Source: Tubiluchus corallicola (lineage: Eukaryota; Animalia; Priapulida). Taken from it: 36,748 bases of DNA. Shown here piece after piece: positions 13,784-26,450 of this stretch (positions within the stretch are counted from its first letter, which is position 1; the number at the start of each line of letters is the position of its first letter). A model generated the notes under the pieces. It was not told the origin of the DNA and did not search any database. It saw only the letters and a list, made by a program, of their open reading frames with translations. A program made the translations under genes and the position numbers. Location: contig JAQGDQ010001517.1 of the NCBI GenBank assembly GCA_030141605.1, positions 1-36,748 on the forward strand, written 5' to 3'.

Positions 13784-14441
13784 CCGGCTTAACTGTTTCA
13801 CACATCCGAGAAGTACTCACACACCAGGATTAGGAACCACTGTTATAAACGTACCGTAGCCGTAGCCGGCTTAACTGTTTCGCACCTCCGAGAAGTACTC
13901 ACACACCAGGATAGGAACCACTGTTATAAACGTACCGTGGCCGTAGCCGGCTTAACTGTTTCACACCTCCGAGAAGTACTCACACACCAGGATAGGAACC
14001 ACTGTTATAAACGTACCGTGGCCGTAGCCGGCTTAACTGTTTCGCAACTCCGAGAAGTACTCACACCCCCCAGGATAGGAACCACTGTTATAAACGTACC
14101 GTAGCCGTAGCCGGCTTAACTGTTTCACACCTCCGAGAAGTACTCACACACCAGGATAGGAACCACTGTTATAAACGTACCGTGGCCGTAGCCGGCTTAA
14201 CTGTTTCGCAACTCCGAGAAGTACTCACACCCCCCAGGATAGGAACCACTGTTATAAACGTACCGTAGCCGTAGCCGGCTTAACTGTTTCACACCTCCGA
14301 GAAGTACTCACACACCAGGATAGGAACCACTGTTATAAACGTACCGTGGCCGTAGCCGGCTTAACTGTTTCGCATCTCCGAGGAGTACTCACACCCCCCA
14401 GGATAGGAACCACTGTTATAAACGTACCGTGGCCGTAGCCG
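13784..14441. repeat. 81-83 bp minisatellite, 8 copies, overlapping the exon C donor
   Basis: Unit ccggcttaactgtttcgcacctccgagaagtactcacacaccaggataggaaccactgttataaacgtaccgtggccgtag. Confidence 0.95.
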
Positions 14442-14579
14442 TCTTCTCCGACTCTTTGAACCTCTCGTGCATCAACTTGTGCTGACCCATGGTACAGCGC
14501 TGGTAGCTCCACGTCGTGCAGACGGCCATGTTGCGATGACAGGCTACGATGTTGTCCCAGTCGCTCTCCTTTGCCGTTT
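14428..14579 (-). CDS. WDR36: WDR36 copy 1, exon C
   Basis: (E)TAKESDWDNIVACHRNMAVCTTWSYQRCTMGQHKLMHERFKESEKTATAT; ESDWD motif; donor GTACGT. Confidence 0.92.
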
Positions 14580-14681
14580 CTGAAAAGTTAAGCCGCTTTC
14601 ACACCAGCAAGTTTTCTGTATCAATTTCTTTTCTACTGGTCTGCTTAATCATTACCTATTTAGCTTTTGTAAATACACAAT

Positions 14682-15112
14682 CTGTAGCGGATAGCCCTAT
14701 AGGCTGAATAGGCTGAAGCCTAAGGCCCGGGATCAAAAGGGGCCCGGCAAAATAAAACGAAAAAAAAAAATTTTTTTGTAAAAAAAAATAAATTGACAAA
14801 AGAGCAAGGGGCCCGCCAAACTAAAATATAGAAACTAAAGTTACTTTCAGAGTTTCTGATTGGCTTATTTTAGTTGACATCTAACCCAGAAACTCACCAA
14901 GCTGTAATCGTGTTTATATAGTCCTAGTCCACAACTCAAGGATCACGAAGATATAATTTTTATCACAATCGGTGGGCAAAAACTCACAAAATTAAACAAA
15001 CTTACAAACGACGAGCGCTCAACAAAAACACGTCAGCTCAGCAGTGTAGCAACATTTAAAAGGCCCGTTCCAAGCTCAAGCCTAAGGCCCATAAAATCAT
15101 AATCCGCCGCTG
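14682..15112. mobile_element. Probable MITE (ctgtagcggat...aatccgccgctg)
   Basis: Imperfect TIR; repeated aagcctaaggccc subterminal motif. Confidence 0.5.
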
Positions 15113-15462
15113 TGCACAAGTAGTGCATAATTTACTGTATCAATTTCTTTACTGGTCTGCTTATTCATTACCTATTTGGCTTTTGTAAATACATAATTAG
15201 TGCATAATGTTCTATACTGCAGGCTCTGGCTATATAAACTGGTTGTATGTTTGTAAAAATTTACCACTGATGATGACAGCAGTAGCCGTGTCGAAACGTT
15301 TGACATGATTTTTAACTATATAAATTAACAAAAGCTTTAGCAAAGTTGTGATATTTTAACTAAACTAAATTCTGTTTCAACTCGCAATCAAACATGTCAC
15401 TGTCGAGCTTCCTGTAAGCGCGCCACGACACGTTACACATACCCAACTCTGAACACAGTTAC

Positions 15463-15612
15463 CTGAATGAAAATCGGTGATTGGTGGCAACCTGTAGGCG
15501 TCTAATTTCAGCCCCTGCTTCTTGCTCGCTTTCTTATTCATGCTCGCTCGACCTAAACTCTTGTTACGACTGTCGTGAACGGTGCTGAATGAACGTAGGA
15601 CGCTGTCTTGAC
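15463..15612 (-). CDS. WDR36: WDR36 copy 1, exon B
   Basis: AG/GT bounded, 150 bp; (G)QDSVLRSFSTVHDSRNKSLGRASMNKKASKKQGLKLDAYRLPPITDFHS, in frame with exon A. Confidence 0.92.
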
Positions 15613-15677
15613 CTGAAACGTCACAAAGAACATCGCTTTAATCTGACATCAACAGCGAAACACGGCACTACACGTAG

Positions 15678-15997
15678 ACACACACATGCCCAGAAACACA
15701 AACATACTCACTCACGCACGCACGCACACACACACACAGACACACACACAGGCACACGCACACACACACACGCACACACACACACGCGCACACACACATG
15801 CACACACACACACAGACACACACACACGCACACACACATGCACACACACGCACACACACACACGCACACACACATGCATACACACACGCACACACACAGA
15901 CACACACACACACGCACACACACACACACAGACACACACACACGCACACACACATGCACACACACGCACACACACAGGCGCACACACATGCACACAC

Positions 15998-16036
<39 letters not shown>

Positions 16037-16040
16037 TACA

Positions 16041-16072
<32 letters not shown>

Positions 16073-16113
16073 TACACACACACACACACACACGCACACA
16101 CACACACACACAC
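15678..16113. repeat. Imperfect (CA)n microsatellite filling most of WDR36 intron A-B
   Basis: Direct reading. Confidence 0.98.
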
Positions 16114-16139
16114 TAGCCTCAATGCACAACAAGGCTTAC

Positions 16140-16260
16140 CAGCACTTAGAATGTTGTGACCATTGTTACCATGGAAACGAATCTTATTCGGCGGTGCGGA
16201 ATGTCCTTCACGATGTCGCAGCACTCTGGCGCCCCCGTCCGGCAAATCAAAAATCCACAC
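16140..16260 (-). CDS. WDR36: WDR36/UTP21 copy 1, exon A (most 5' exon visible)
   Basis: tttccAG|GTG...G|GTaag; VWIFDLPDGGARVLRHREGHSAPPNKIRFHGNNGHNILSA resembles remembered human WDR36 IWIFD...GHSAP; phase 0 in, phase 1 out. Confidence 0.93.
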
Positions 16261-16466
16261 CTGGAAAGACGAATCAGGAATAGGCAACATGATCAAGGAG
16301 ATTCAAATCTCTAAGGAAGATAACGCAATTCTGGCAAAAGTGACCTTTGGATAATTTCTAAAACTTTAGTTAGAACTAACAGCTGTCTCACGAGAACTCA
16401 TTATCGCATAACCTGTTACTATTACCATGCCTGTTCTTTGAAATTTCACAGTCAGGCAAATTTTAA

Positions 16467-16541
16467 AAGCTTGGCTTCTTTAACACAAAGCTTGGCTTCT
16501 TTAACACAAAGCTTGGCTTCTTTAACACAAAGTTTGGCTTC
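16467..16541. repeat. 21-bp tandem repeat, ~3.5 copies
   Basis: aaagcttggcttctttaacac. Confidence 0.85.
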
Positions 16542-16671
16542 TGGCAACACTAATCATTTAAGTGGGTAGTCATTGATTTTTTCAAAGTTTGTTTTTTACT
16601 ATGTACCTTACTGTTTGTTAGCCATTGAATTATTGAAAACTTTTTTTCTTTATTGAAAACTTTTCCTTTAA

Positions 16672-16861
16672 GGGAAAACCGGATGATTGTGTAAACGGAG
16701 CTCAGAATAAAGAATGCTCTAAAATATTGAAAATTACAACAGTTTTTTTTAATCAAAGCTTTGATTAAATAATAATTACCTCGGTTACTAAATTTTGTTA
16801 AACTTTCAAAGCTGCGCGCGGCTCAGTGAATCTACTAAGATTGGCAACGGCACCTTTTTGT
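16672..16861 (+). mobile_element. Truncated copy of the 18-565 MITE, ending at the rearrangement junction
   Basis: Matches ~18-210, then stops after ggcacctttttgt. Confidence 0.75.
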
Positions 16862-16871
16862 AGTGACCAGC

Positions 16872-17035
16872 CTACTATTTACCTCACTTACCTAACTTAG
16901 AATACTATTTACCTCATTTACTTAACTTAGAATACTATTTACCTCATTTACTTAACTTACAATACTATTTACCTCACTTATACTATTTACCTCACTTAGA
17001 ATACTATTTACCTCACTTAGAATACTATTTACTAA
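16872..17035. repeat. Junction filler of variable-length (a)atactatttacctcactta(g) repeats
   Basis: About 7 copies of tactatttac between the truncated MITE and the start of copy 2. Confidence 0.85.
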
Positions 17036-17209
17036 ATTTGATTTACTTACTTACTTACCTACCTACCTACCTACCTACCTACCTACCTACCTACCTATCT
17101 ACCTACTTACGTACTTACTTAACTTACTTTACTTGCTTGCTTGCTTGCTTACTTACCTACCTACCTACCTACCTATCTACCTACTTACGTACTTACTTAA
17201 CTTACTTTA

Positions 17210-17241
<32 letters not shown>

Positions 17242-17537
17242 ACTTGCTTGCTTGCTTACTTACTTACTTTATACAAATTAACTTTAATTCGCTATCTGTT
17301 TTGATAAATTTATCGTATGTACCGCCATACTTGGTTCGCGTGTAATGTCCAATGTTGGGTTCTATCAACCCAATGTCTTGTATGTTGGGTTGCACCGCTT
17401 TAATATTCTGGTCAGACTTGCGTCCAGTTCCTCTTATGACAAACCGCCGAAAGATATTGTAAGTTGACATGCTCAGTAAATCTAAATATTAGATAGTGTA
17501 ATGAAGCTTTATGTTTCCTTTGTTTTGGTGTACACAG

Positions 17538-17617
17538 ACCTTTACTCCGGATGCTAGGTGGCTGATTACGTCGTCCATGGATTGTACGTTACGCACGTGG
17601 GACCTGCCTTCAATGAG
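17538..17617 (+). CDS. WDR36: WDR36 copy 2 (inverted, 5'-truncated duplicate), exon G'
   Basis: Reverse complement of 6939-7018; no upstream WDR36 exons on this strand in the window. Confidence 0.8.
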
Positions 17618-19270
17618 GTGTGCGGTTTCTGCATATATATCTCGTTTTAGTGCGGTTTGTGCATATGTCTCTCTTTTTAGTGCAGTTTGTGCGGACGTCA
17701 CTTTTTTGGCTACAACGTTTGTTTTTAAATTCCTTATGTGCACTACTGGCAAAAAACGAATGCTCGATTTTTCTTGCTTTTGTAACCGTACCATCTTGTT
17801 ACTATTTAGAATTGTAGAAAACTATCTTTCTACTCGGAATTGAACCCAGGATCTCGCAATGAGTGCTAGAAGGTTGTCAGTATTTAAGCGTAGACATGTT
17901 AGTTTAAATGCTCCGTTTTAGACGTATTAGTGCGCGGATGGTTGCTCTACATTTTGCCAAATTTGATATTTCAGTTCAGTTCAATTTTGTTTTATTGCTT
18001 CATTGATGCTAGTAAGTATACAATTGTAGTTTTAGTAATGTATGAAGTCACAGTGCTGTAAAAACATATTGAATATTGTTTGCTAAAATTTTAATGATTA
18101 ATTGCTGTCGACTCGCATGTTTAAAACATAAACAAACTTTATACTTACATAAGGCTAAAAATTTGTTTTGAAAGTTTATATTAGTTACACGCTATCTTAT
18201 TGCATACAGAGCTTGTGATGGCAGTAACACAGTATAAAAGACTTGTAAGTTTAAACTCCCGCGCTGATCGTTAGGTGCAACCATTTTAACGCTGATTTGT
18301 TTGATAGAAGTTTAGATAACACCGAGTAAAGTTTGAAAAAAGAGCATTCCTTGTAGATTTCGCTAACTAAGCAAAATTTTAAATTACTGTATCTTTGCAA
18401 AAAAGGTTAAAAATATTATTTTGGTGAAACAGTAGTGCACACTGGGATGTTGATACCGCGATATTTTACCAGGTGGTGCAAACATTTTAAATTATTAGGA
18501 AGTTTCTTTTTCAATTACGAACGTCTTTCAAACAGGTAAGGATAATGGAAAGTCAATTGTGTGCTTGCATAGCAAAATCGTCCACAATTCGGCAATTAAG
18601 CTTTTCCAGTTATTCACATATCCTGAATCTCCATTTCATGAGGATCATTTTGATACCAAGCTCATCGCTCTATATTATTTCTAAGCTGAGATAATCCACG
18701 TTGAAGTTGAGGTGCAGGCTGCACACTCAAAAACATAATCTTGAGAAAATCACTGTTAAAGTCAGCCATTGTTTTTTGTCTCATTTTTACAAAACACTTA
18801 ACAACCGTGCAAATGTTGGTTGCTACGGACTTTGCAAGAACACTTTGAAGTTATAGTTAAATCCAGTAGATGGCTCTTCCTGATGAAGATCTGGGTTTGA
18901 CAACAGAAAAAATCTGAAGCAAAATGGCTGCTTCCTCGAGCTACAATCAGAGTTTGAAAATACAAGCTTCTTTACAATTGCAGTACCAATTTCTAGACAG
19001 CAAAGTTTTTCAGTGTTTTTTAAACACTTTTTTCATAATTTAATGCTAGAATATAAAAGTCCAATATATTTAGCATTTGTTTTTATGAAATATGAAAAAT
19101 TGACATTTGATCAAATTTCTGGGTCCTTCTACTTTGAATCATCGTAACGTAGTTTTAACTATGCCGACTTGCGGACAGCTTTGGTTTACAAGCTCACATG
19201 TAGCTTCAGTTTGGAAAGTTTTTTTTGGAACATACTTTAAAATTGACTTTTAGTTTTTTTTCTCATTTAG

Positions 19271-19479
19271 TCCTATAGATTGTTTTTTGCTGGACTCGGC
19301 TTGCACCAGTCTCACAATGTCTCCCACGGGAGAATTCCTGGCCACCTCCCACGTCGACGACTTCGGCGTTTATCTGTGGTCCAATCGATCACTGTATACG
19401 CACATTTCACTGCGCCCCCTACCGGCAAATTTCGAACCGGGGCTGATGGAGTTACCCGCTGTACTGCTGTCAAGTTCAG
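19271..19479 (+). CDS. WDR36: WDR36 copy 2, exon H'
   Basis: Same translation as exon H; AG/GT intact. Confidence 0.82.
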
Positions 19480-19776
19480 GTAAGTCAAGAATTTGTAAGC
19501 ACTCTCTGGAGCTGCACCGTAAGAATCATATGTCTAGACCACTGTGCTGCACCCTCAAATTCAAAAGATTTGTTTATTTAATTGAGTGTTTTGGTCTTAG
19601 TGGCGCTTTTTCCTTAGTCTCCTAGGCCTTCATGGCAGCCTATGAATATATAAGCACTCTCTGGAGCTGCAATGGAAAAGTCGCATGTCTAGACCACTGT
19701 GCTACACCCTCAAATTCGGAAGCTTTATGTAATTAATTAATATATTTAAATCAGTTTGATTATTGATTATTGGTAG

Positions 19777-19922
19777 GTTTAGAGGTTGGAGATGCGGCAG
19801 AATCCGCCGATGAAGAGGCTGTGGAATTTCAATCACCGGAGCAGATTGCCAGCGAACTGGTGACGTTGTCGCTGCTGCCGGAGTCGCGATGGAAAAACCT
19901 GACCAATCTGGATTTAATTCGG
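19777..19922 (+). CDS. WDR36: WDR36 copy 2, exon I'
   Basis: As exon I but GDAAES instead of GDATQS. Confidence 0.82.
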
Positions 19923-20553
19923 GTGAATTTATCAAAGTATTTTCTGTTTACGGTGAAATAAAAACTAAGAATGCAGTTATTAGTTGATTTGAGGGAAACG
20001 CATCTTAGCAGACTGAACCGAGATGAAAGGAGTTTTGCCTGTTAAAGGAAAAGTCAAGTCTCTCAGGAAGTTGAACTTATTCTAATATTTGAGGAAAATG
20101 TTAGAAAGCTTCAAGCAATGAAATTGTGATAAGCGCCTCGTGTAAGTAATAATTTCAATTTAAAATCACGATCACTTTACGCTTGGGCGCGCTCATTTTG
20201 GTGAAAAATGGCGTCATCTCGTTACCGTGCAATATAAACTGTTATTCTGCCAAGTGCTTAAGCAATCTTTTTTTCACTTATAGAGCGATCTCTATAAACT
20301 AAGTAACCCACCCGGTACCTACTTAATGCTCGCAAGTTTCCCTGTGTATCTGAAAGTCAACAAAAGTTTGTAAATTAATTTACGCAATTAATGTATACTA
20401 CTTACACATTTTACGGAATAATCCTGTGGGTTAAAGCTATGCAACCACTATAATCTTGTTCATAATTGATCAAATGACTAATTTTACATAAACACAGTTA
20501 AACACAACGCTAGAGTAACTGAACTTCTGAGTGAACTGTAGAAATTTCTCAAC

Positions 20554-22565
20554 GTGTACCTTCATCACAGCTTGCCTTCACTGCATTCACGCTGCCAAGC
20601 AGACACCAGCTTACGTCATCACAGCTTGCCTTCACTGCATTCACACTGCCCAGCAGACACCAGCGTATCTTCATCACAGCTTGCCTTCACTGCATTCACG
20701 CTGCCAAGCAGACACCAGCTTACGTCATCACAGCTTGCCTTCACTGCATTCACACTGCCCAGCAGACACCAGCGTATCTTCATCACAGCTTGCCTTCACT
20801 GCATTCACGCTGCCCAGCAGACACCAGCTTACGTCATCACAGCTTGCCTTCACTGCATTCACACTGCCCAGCAGACACCAGCGTACCTTCATCACAGCTT
20901 GCCTTCACTGCATTCACGCTGCCCAGCAGACACCAGCTTACGTCATCACAGCTTGCCTTCACTGCATTCACGCTGCCCAGCAGACACCAGCGTACCTTCA
21001 TCACAGCTTGCCTTCACTGCATTCACGCTGCCCAGCAGGCACCAGCTTACGTCACCACACCTTGCCTTCACTGCATTCACGCTGCCCAGCAGACACCAGC
21101 TTACGTCATCACAGCTTGCCTTCACTGCATTCACGCTGCCCAGCAGACACCAGCTTACGTCATCACAGCTTGCCTTCATTCACGCTGCCCAGCAGACACC
21201 AGCTTACATCATCACAGCTTGCCTTCACTGCATTCACGCTGCCCAGCAGACACCAGCGTACCTTCATCACAGCTTGCCTTCACTGCATTCACACTGCCCA
21301 GCAGACACCAGCTTACGTCATCACAGCTTGCCTTCACTGCATTCACACTGCCCAGCAGACACCAGCTTACGTCATCACAGCTTGCCTTCACTGCATTCAC
21401 ACTGCCCAGCAGACACCAGCGCGTACCTTCATCACAGCTTGCCTTCACTGCATTCACGCTGCCCAGCAGACACCAGCTTACTTCATCACAGCTTACCTTC
21501 ACTGCATTCACGCTGCCCAGCAGACACTAGCTTACTTCATCACAGCTTGCCTTCACTGCATTCACACTGCCCAGCAGACACTAGCTTACGCCATCACAGC
21601 TTGCCTTCACTGCATTCACACTGCCCAGCAGACACCAGCCTACGTCATCACAGCTTGCCTTCACTGCATTCACGCTGCCCAGCAGACACTAGCTTACTTC
21701 ATCACAGCTTGCCTTCACTGCATTCACGCTGCCCAGCAGACACCAGCTTACTTCATCACAGCTTGCCTTCACTGCATTCACGCTGCCCAGCAGACACTAG
21801 CTTACTTCATCACAGCTTGCCTTCACAGCATTCACACTGCCCAGCAGACACTAGCTTACTTCATCACAGCTTGCCTTCACAGCATTCACACTGCCCAGCA
21901 GACACTAGCTTACTTCATCACAGCTTGCCTTCACAGCATTCACACTGCCCAGCAGACACCAGCTTACTTCATCACAGCTTGCCTTCACAGCATTCACACT
22001 GCCCAGCAGACACTAGCTTACTTCATCACAGCTTGCCTTCACAGCAGTCACGCTGCCCAGCAGACACTAGCTTACTTCATCACAGCTTACCTTCACAGCA
22101 TTCACACTGCCCAGCAGACACTAGCTTACTTCATCACAGCTTGCCTTCACAGCATTCACACTGCCCAGCAGACACTAGCTTACTTCATCACAGCTTGCCT
22201 TCACTGCACTCACGCTGCCCAGCAGACACTAGCTTACTTCATCACAGCTTGCCTTCACAGCATTCACACTGCCCAGCAGACACTAGCTTACTTCATCACA
22301 GCTTGCCTTCACAGCATTCACACTGCCCAGCAGACACTAGCTTACTTCATCACAGCTTGCCTTCACAGCATTCACGCTGCCCAGTGGACACTAGCTTACT
22401 TCATCACAGCTTGCCTTCACAGCATTCACACTGCCCAGCAGACACTAGCTTACGTCATCACAGCTTGCCTTCACTGCATTCACGCTGCCCAGCAGACACC
22501 AGCTTACTTCATCACAGCTTGCCTTCACAGCATTCACGCTGCCCAGCAGACACCAGCTTACGTCA
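20554..22565. repeat. 54-bp minisatellite, copy-2 counterpart
   Basis: Reverse-complement unit of the 1995-4010 array. Confidence 0.97.
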
Positions 22566-23159
22566 TTTTTTTCCAAATATACAAGCATCAACGTTCGTTT
22601 GGTGGGAGATAAAAAATATTTAAATTTCTTTTACATTTTTTAAGCAAAACATCCTATACGCATATCTTGTGCTTTGATTTCAATATTTTTAATTGTGTAT
22701 TAAAATGCAATAAATGTTGATTGAGGGTTGGTGGTTCCTCTAACTTTTTTCTTTTATTTAGCTCCACCTAGTGCCAGTAAATTAAAGTTCTTTTCAATAT
22801 CATATACCACCACAATATACCATATCTCAATATCTTCTCATATCAATACCACCTTTTTTTGATTGATTAGGCTTGCTTCTAGTAATTTTTATTGGGGATT
22901 CATGGCTGAGTGGATACGTGTGCACACTTTGCGGGAAGTCGTTTTTGTTTACATGAGTTTTTGTGAGATGTGCTTACTCTCTGTATAAACTTTAATTTTT
23001 CCGTAGCAAGAAGTTTTAATCTTTTAAATAATCTTCTATTAAATATTTAGCTAATAGATTTTTTTTTATTAAAGTCTAATTTTATTAAAATCAGACATTA
23101 TTAATTTTCAAATTTAATTAGTTTTAATCGACAGTTTTAATGAATTTTTTTGCTTACAG

Positions 23160-23279
23160 AGAAGAAATAAACCCAAACAGCCGCCAAGAAAACCGAAAGC
23201 CGCGCCGTTTTTTCTACCGACTGTTGCCAGCGTCGAGGGCTTCAAATTTCTGCCAGCAGATGGAGCAACCGAAAGCAAA
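23160..23279 (+). CDS. WDR36: WDR36 copy 2, exon J'
   Basis: As exon J but FKFLPA instead of FKFVPA, plus two synonymous changes. Confidence 0.82.
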
Positions 23280-23769
23280 GTAAGCAAGCTTGATTAACCC
23301 GACTTCAGTTTAGCATATTTTTCTGCATTTGCTGTTAAGATTATTGCACAATGGAGGTAAATAATTAATAATTGTTGATTTTTCTGTACGATTTGTAAAC
23401 AAAAAAGGTTAAAATTCACCTGCCGTATATCAAGTAATGCCTTGAAGTTTCATACGTTTTTGATTTTTTGGAAGTTTATCTCCTCTTCCTTGTTGGAGCT
23501 GGCACTAAGCTTACTGGCTATACCTAGGACACTGATAACTAGTAATTGTTTGTAGCAGCCATAAATGTCACCTTGTTAATTCATTTGTTAATGTCACTTG
23601 TTGGACATTAATTAAATTTTTAACCTATTATTCAATTATCAGAAATGCTCTGATATGGGCAGGATACAAAATATGGTTATGTTTTCCTTTAAATTTATTC
23701 TGCTTCCCGTTTCACTCCTTGAAATTTTCTCTTTCTAACGTTTGATGTTGTGTTACATGTGCTGTTTAG

Positions 23770-23860
23770 GGAGAGAAAAGTGAAGAATCAAAGTTGAGAC
23801 AATTAATGCCAGTCTCGGAGCTCGGAAGGATGTTGCTAGATGCGGAACAGAATCACAAAT
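23770..23860 (+). CDS. WDR36: WDR36 copy 2, exon K'
   Basis: As exon K but QNHK instead of QNQK, plus two synonymous changes. Confidence 0.78.
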
Positions 23861-25825
23861 GTAAGTTGTAAAATTTGTGAAAGGAAGACCGGACGATTGC
23901 TTAGACTCAATTTCATTTTAATTTACTGTGCAAAATATACATGTTCTTGTCTATAAAAGTTAGCAATTGTTCCTTATATTTGAATAATTAGCTTGGACAG
24001 TTAATTAAAGACAACCAAACACAGCTGTTGCTTATATCAGAAACTAACCACAGTTTGTGCAATGACAGGCATTTTCCCTTGCATGTCAAGCACATTTGTG
24101 TAAGTGTTACAGTATTGGTTAAACGCCTGATGTCACAAAGAATGTGCTTTACATCATATGACGTCAGAAACTAACACTGCAGTTCATGATCATGGTTATC
24201 ACGGTACCGCCTTATATTTGTCGGCCACGCGAATGTGGCAAAAAGGCGCCAATCTTAGTAGATTCACTCACTGAGCCGCTCGTAGCTTTGAAAGTTTAAC
24301 AAAATTTGAGTATCCAAGGTAATTATTATTTAATGTAAACTTTGATTTAAAAAAAGCTTTTGTAGTTTTCAATATTTTAGAGCATTCTTTATTCTGAACT
24401 AATGTTTACACAATCATCCGGTTTTCCTTTAAAGAAATATATACATAATATACAGATATAGAGATAAACTTTCATCATTGTACAGAACCTTGAACTAGTA
24501 TGCATAACATTTACCTGTAATCAACTGCTGGCTTCTTTTCAGTTCATGGAAAATTTTACCTGGTCAGTTGGCTTCGTAGAACTTTAGAGAGCAACGTATT
24601 GTATTACGTCTGGTTTAGAAAATAAACTGCATGTGATGTGAACAACTTACCTGCGATCTACCTTGTTAATTCTTACAAAGGAGTCTTTTAGCACGTATTT
24701 TTAGTATTTCTTCATATTTCTAAAATGTTTTCGCCACCATGTTGAATTCAAGGTCGACGTTGTTCACGTGGAATTGTTTCTATAAAGTTTCACGACGATC
24801 CATTGCAAACTTACGGGGTCTTACGCTTTTTCTGAAAAAGACGTTTTCGCTGCCACCAAAATGGCGGTTCAAAAATCCGATTCGTTCGGCCAATGAAAAT
24901 TTCAGTTTGCCCCTAGTGTACCCGAGTCCTTAGACTTACCTTCTTTTCATAAAAGTCATCCCCTAACAAGAACAAGAACAACAACGACATGAAGATGAGT
25001 CACTCGACCAAAAACCACCAGAATCACCAAAAGTTGAGCTAAACGGAGCCAAAATGCTCCAAATTTGATGTTTGGGGCAAATGTAACACGTAGCTAAATT
25101 AGTGGGATTGCTGCTTTAGAAATTTTTAACCATTGTTTTAATACGGTGTAAAATGTAACAAATATATTTTAATGTTGTAATTAGTAATTGTAATTTTAAA
25201 CAAACAAACACGAAAATTTGTACATAAACTTGATAAAATCCTAAACAAAAAAATTATTTACTTACAAATAGCCTAAATGTCGCAGTTCAAACGGCACACG
25301 GTTTTTCAGCACGCACCTGACAATAAGCCGTGTGAGTGACAGTACTTTCTCTACCTGGCAGCAGACGCTAGCAGTGCGGCATACAGCATGTTATCTCAGA
25401 CGTGTGCGCACAACAGGCAAACACATCACTGTGCTGGGCTGTGAAGCAAACATATGCCGGTACACGGTTTTTCAGCACGCACCTGACAATAAGCTGTGTG
25501 AGGGACAGTACTTTCTCTACCTAGCAGCAGACACTAGCAGTGCAGCTTACAGCATGTTATGTTAGCCGTATGCGCGCAACAGCCAAACACCACTATGCGG
25601 GGCTGTGAAGCAAACAGTACTACCCTCACGGACTCTGGTACCATACAAGTATAAAGAAAGAACTAAATAAAGACTTACTATAATTATTGAATATTATCGA
25701 TAATTTTGAGGGACAATAGGGGGTGCTGCAGTTCCACAGCACCTATAAACGAGCTGCCACTGTCTAAATATCTGTTATGATTGTTCGAATGACCGTCGGT
25801 CAAATTTAACATAAATTATTTACAG

Positions 25826-26013
25826 ATGATGACATTCTGGCAAAATTCAAGATCCTCGGACCATCACACATTGACCTCGAGGTCAGATCTCTGGCTCCGG
25901 AGGGAGGCGGGTCGATTGACCTCATGTTGGCGTTTCTACACTTCGTTCGGCACGTTTTAGAGACGAATCGTGATTTTGAATTGGCGCAGGCTTATCTGGG
26001 CCTCTTTTTAAAG
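25826..26013 (+). CDS. WDR36: WDR36 copy 2, exon L'
   Basis: (Y)DDILAKFKILGPSHIDLEVRSLAPEGGGSIDLMLAFLHFVRHVLETNRDFELAQAYLGLFLK; RDFELAQAYL motif. Confidence 0.9.
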
Positions 26014-26450
26014 GTGAGGACTTCTCTTTTTTTGGTATTTTATTGGCATTTGGAAAGAGAAGGTGTCAGGTGTTATGAAGTTCTAAACTTTCAAAGAAGC
26101 CACTCATTTTTCAGGAAGCCACCCATTTTACAGGAATTTGTTGCCGTAAAGTGTATTACAGGTTTGCAACTCAGCAACAACAGCAATAATGATACAGTAA
26201 ATTACGTTTGACTCGAACACCTCGGGACCGGAAAATTTGTTCGAGTTATGCGAGGGCGCGAGTTCGACAATGTTCGTAAGAAAACAAGATTGAGTCGCTC
26301 ATCAACAGAGGAAAATGAACTGTAGTCTGTGAAAATGACAAATTGAGCTTTTAATCAAATATCAAACAACATTTTTACGAATAATGAAAAATAAAACAAC
26401 TGGTCCTTGTCTACTACTCTGAGTAGCATGGTTAATAGAATTCGGCAATA

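Larger units (their letters stand above)
17040..24445 (+). repeat. Right arm of inverted duplication (portion with a partner inside the window)
   Basis: Near-identical reverse complement of 1-7515. Confidence 0.95.

Noticed and set aside
15589-16283. HT- and CV-rich ORFs
   Set aside because: (CA)n microsatellite; only 16140-16260 and the exon B edge up to 15612 are coding
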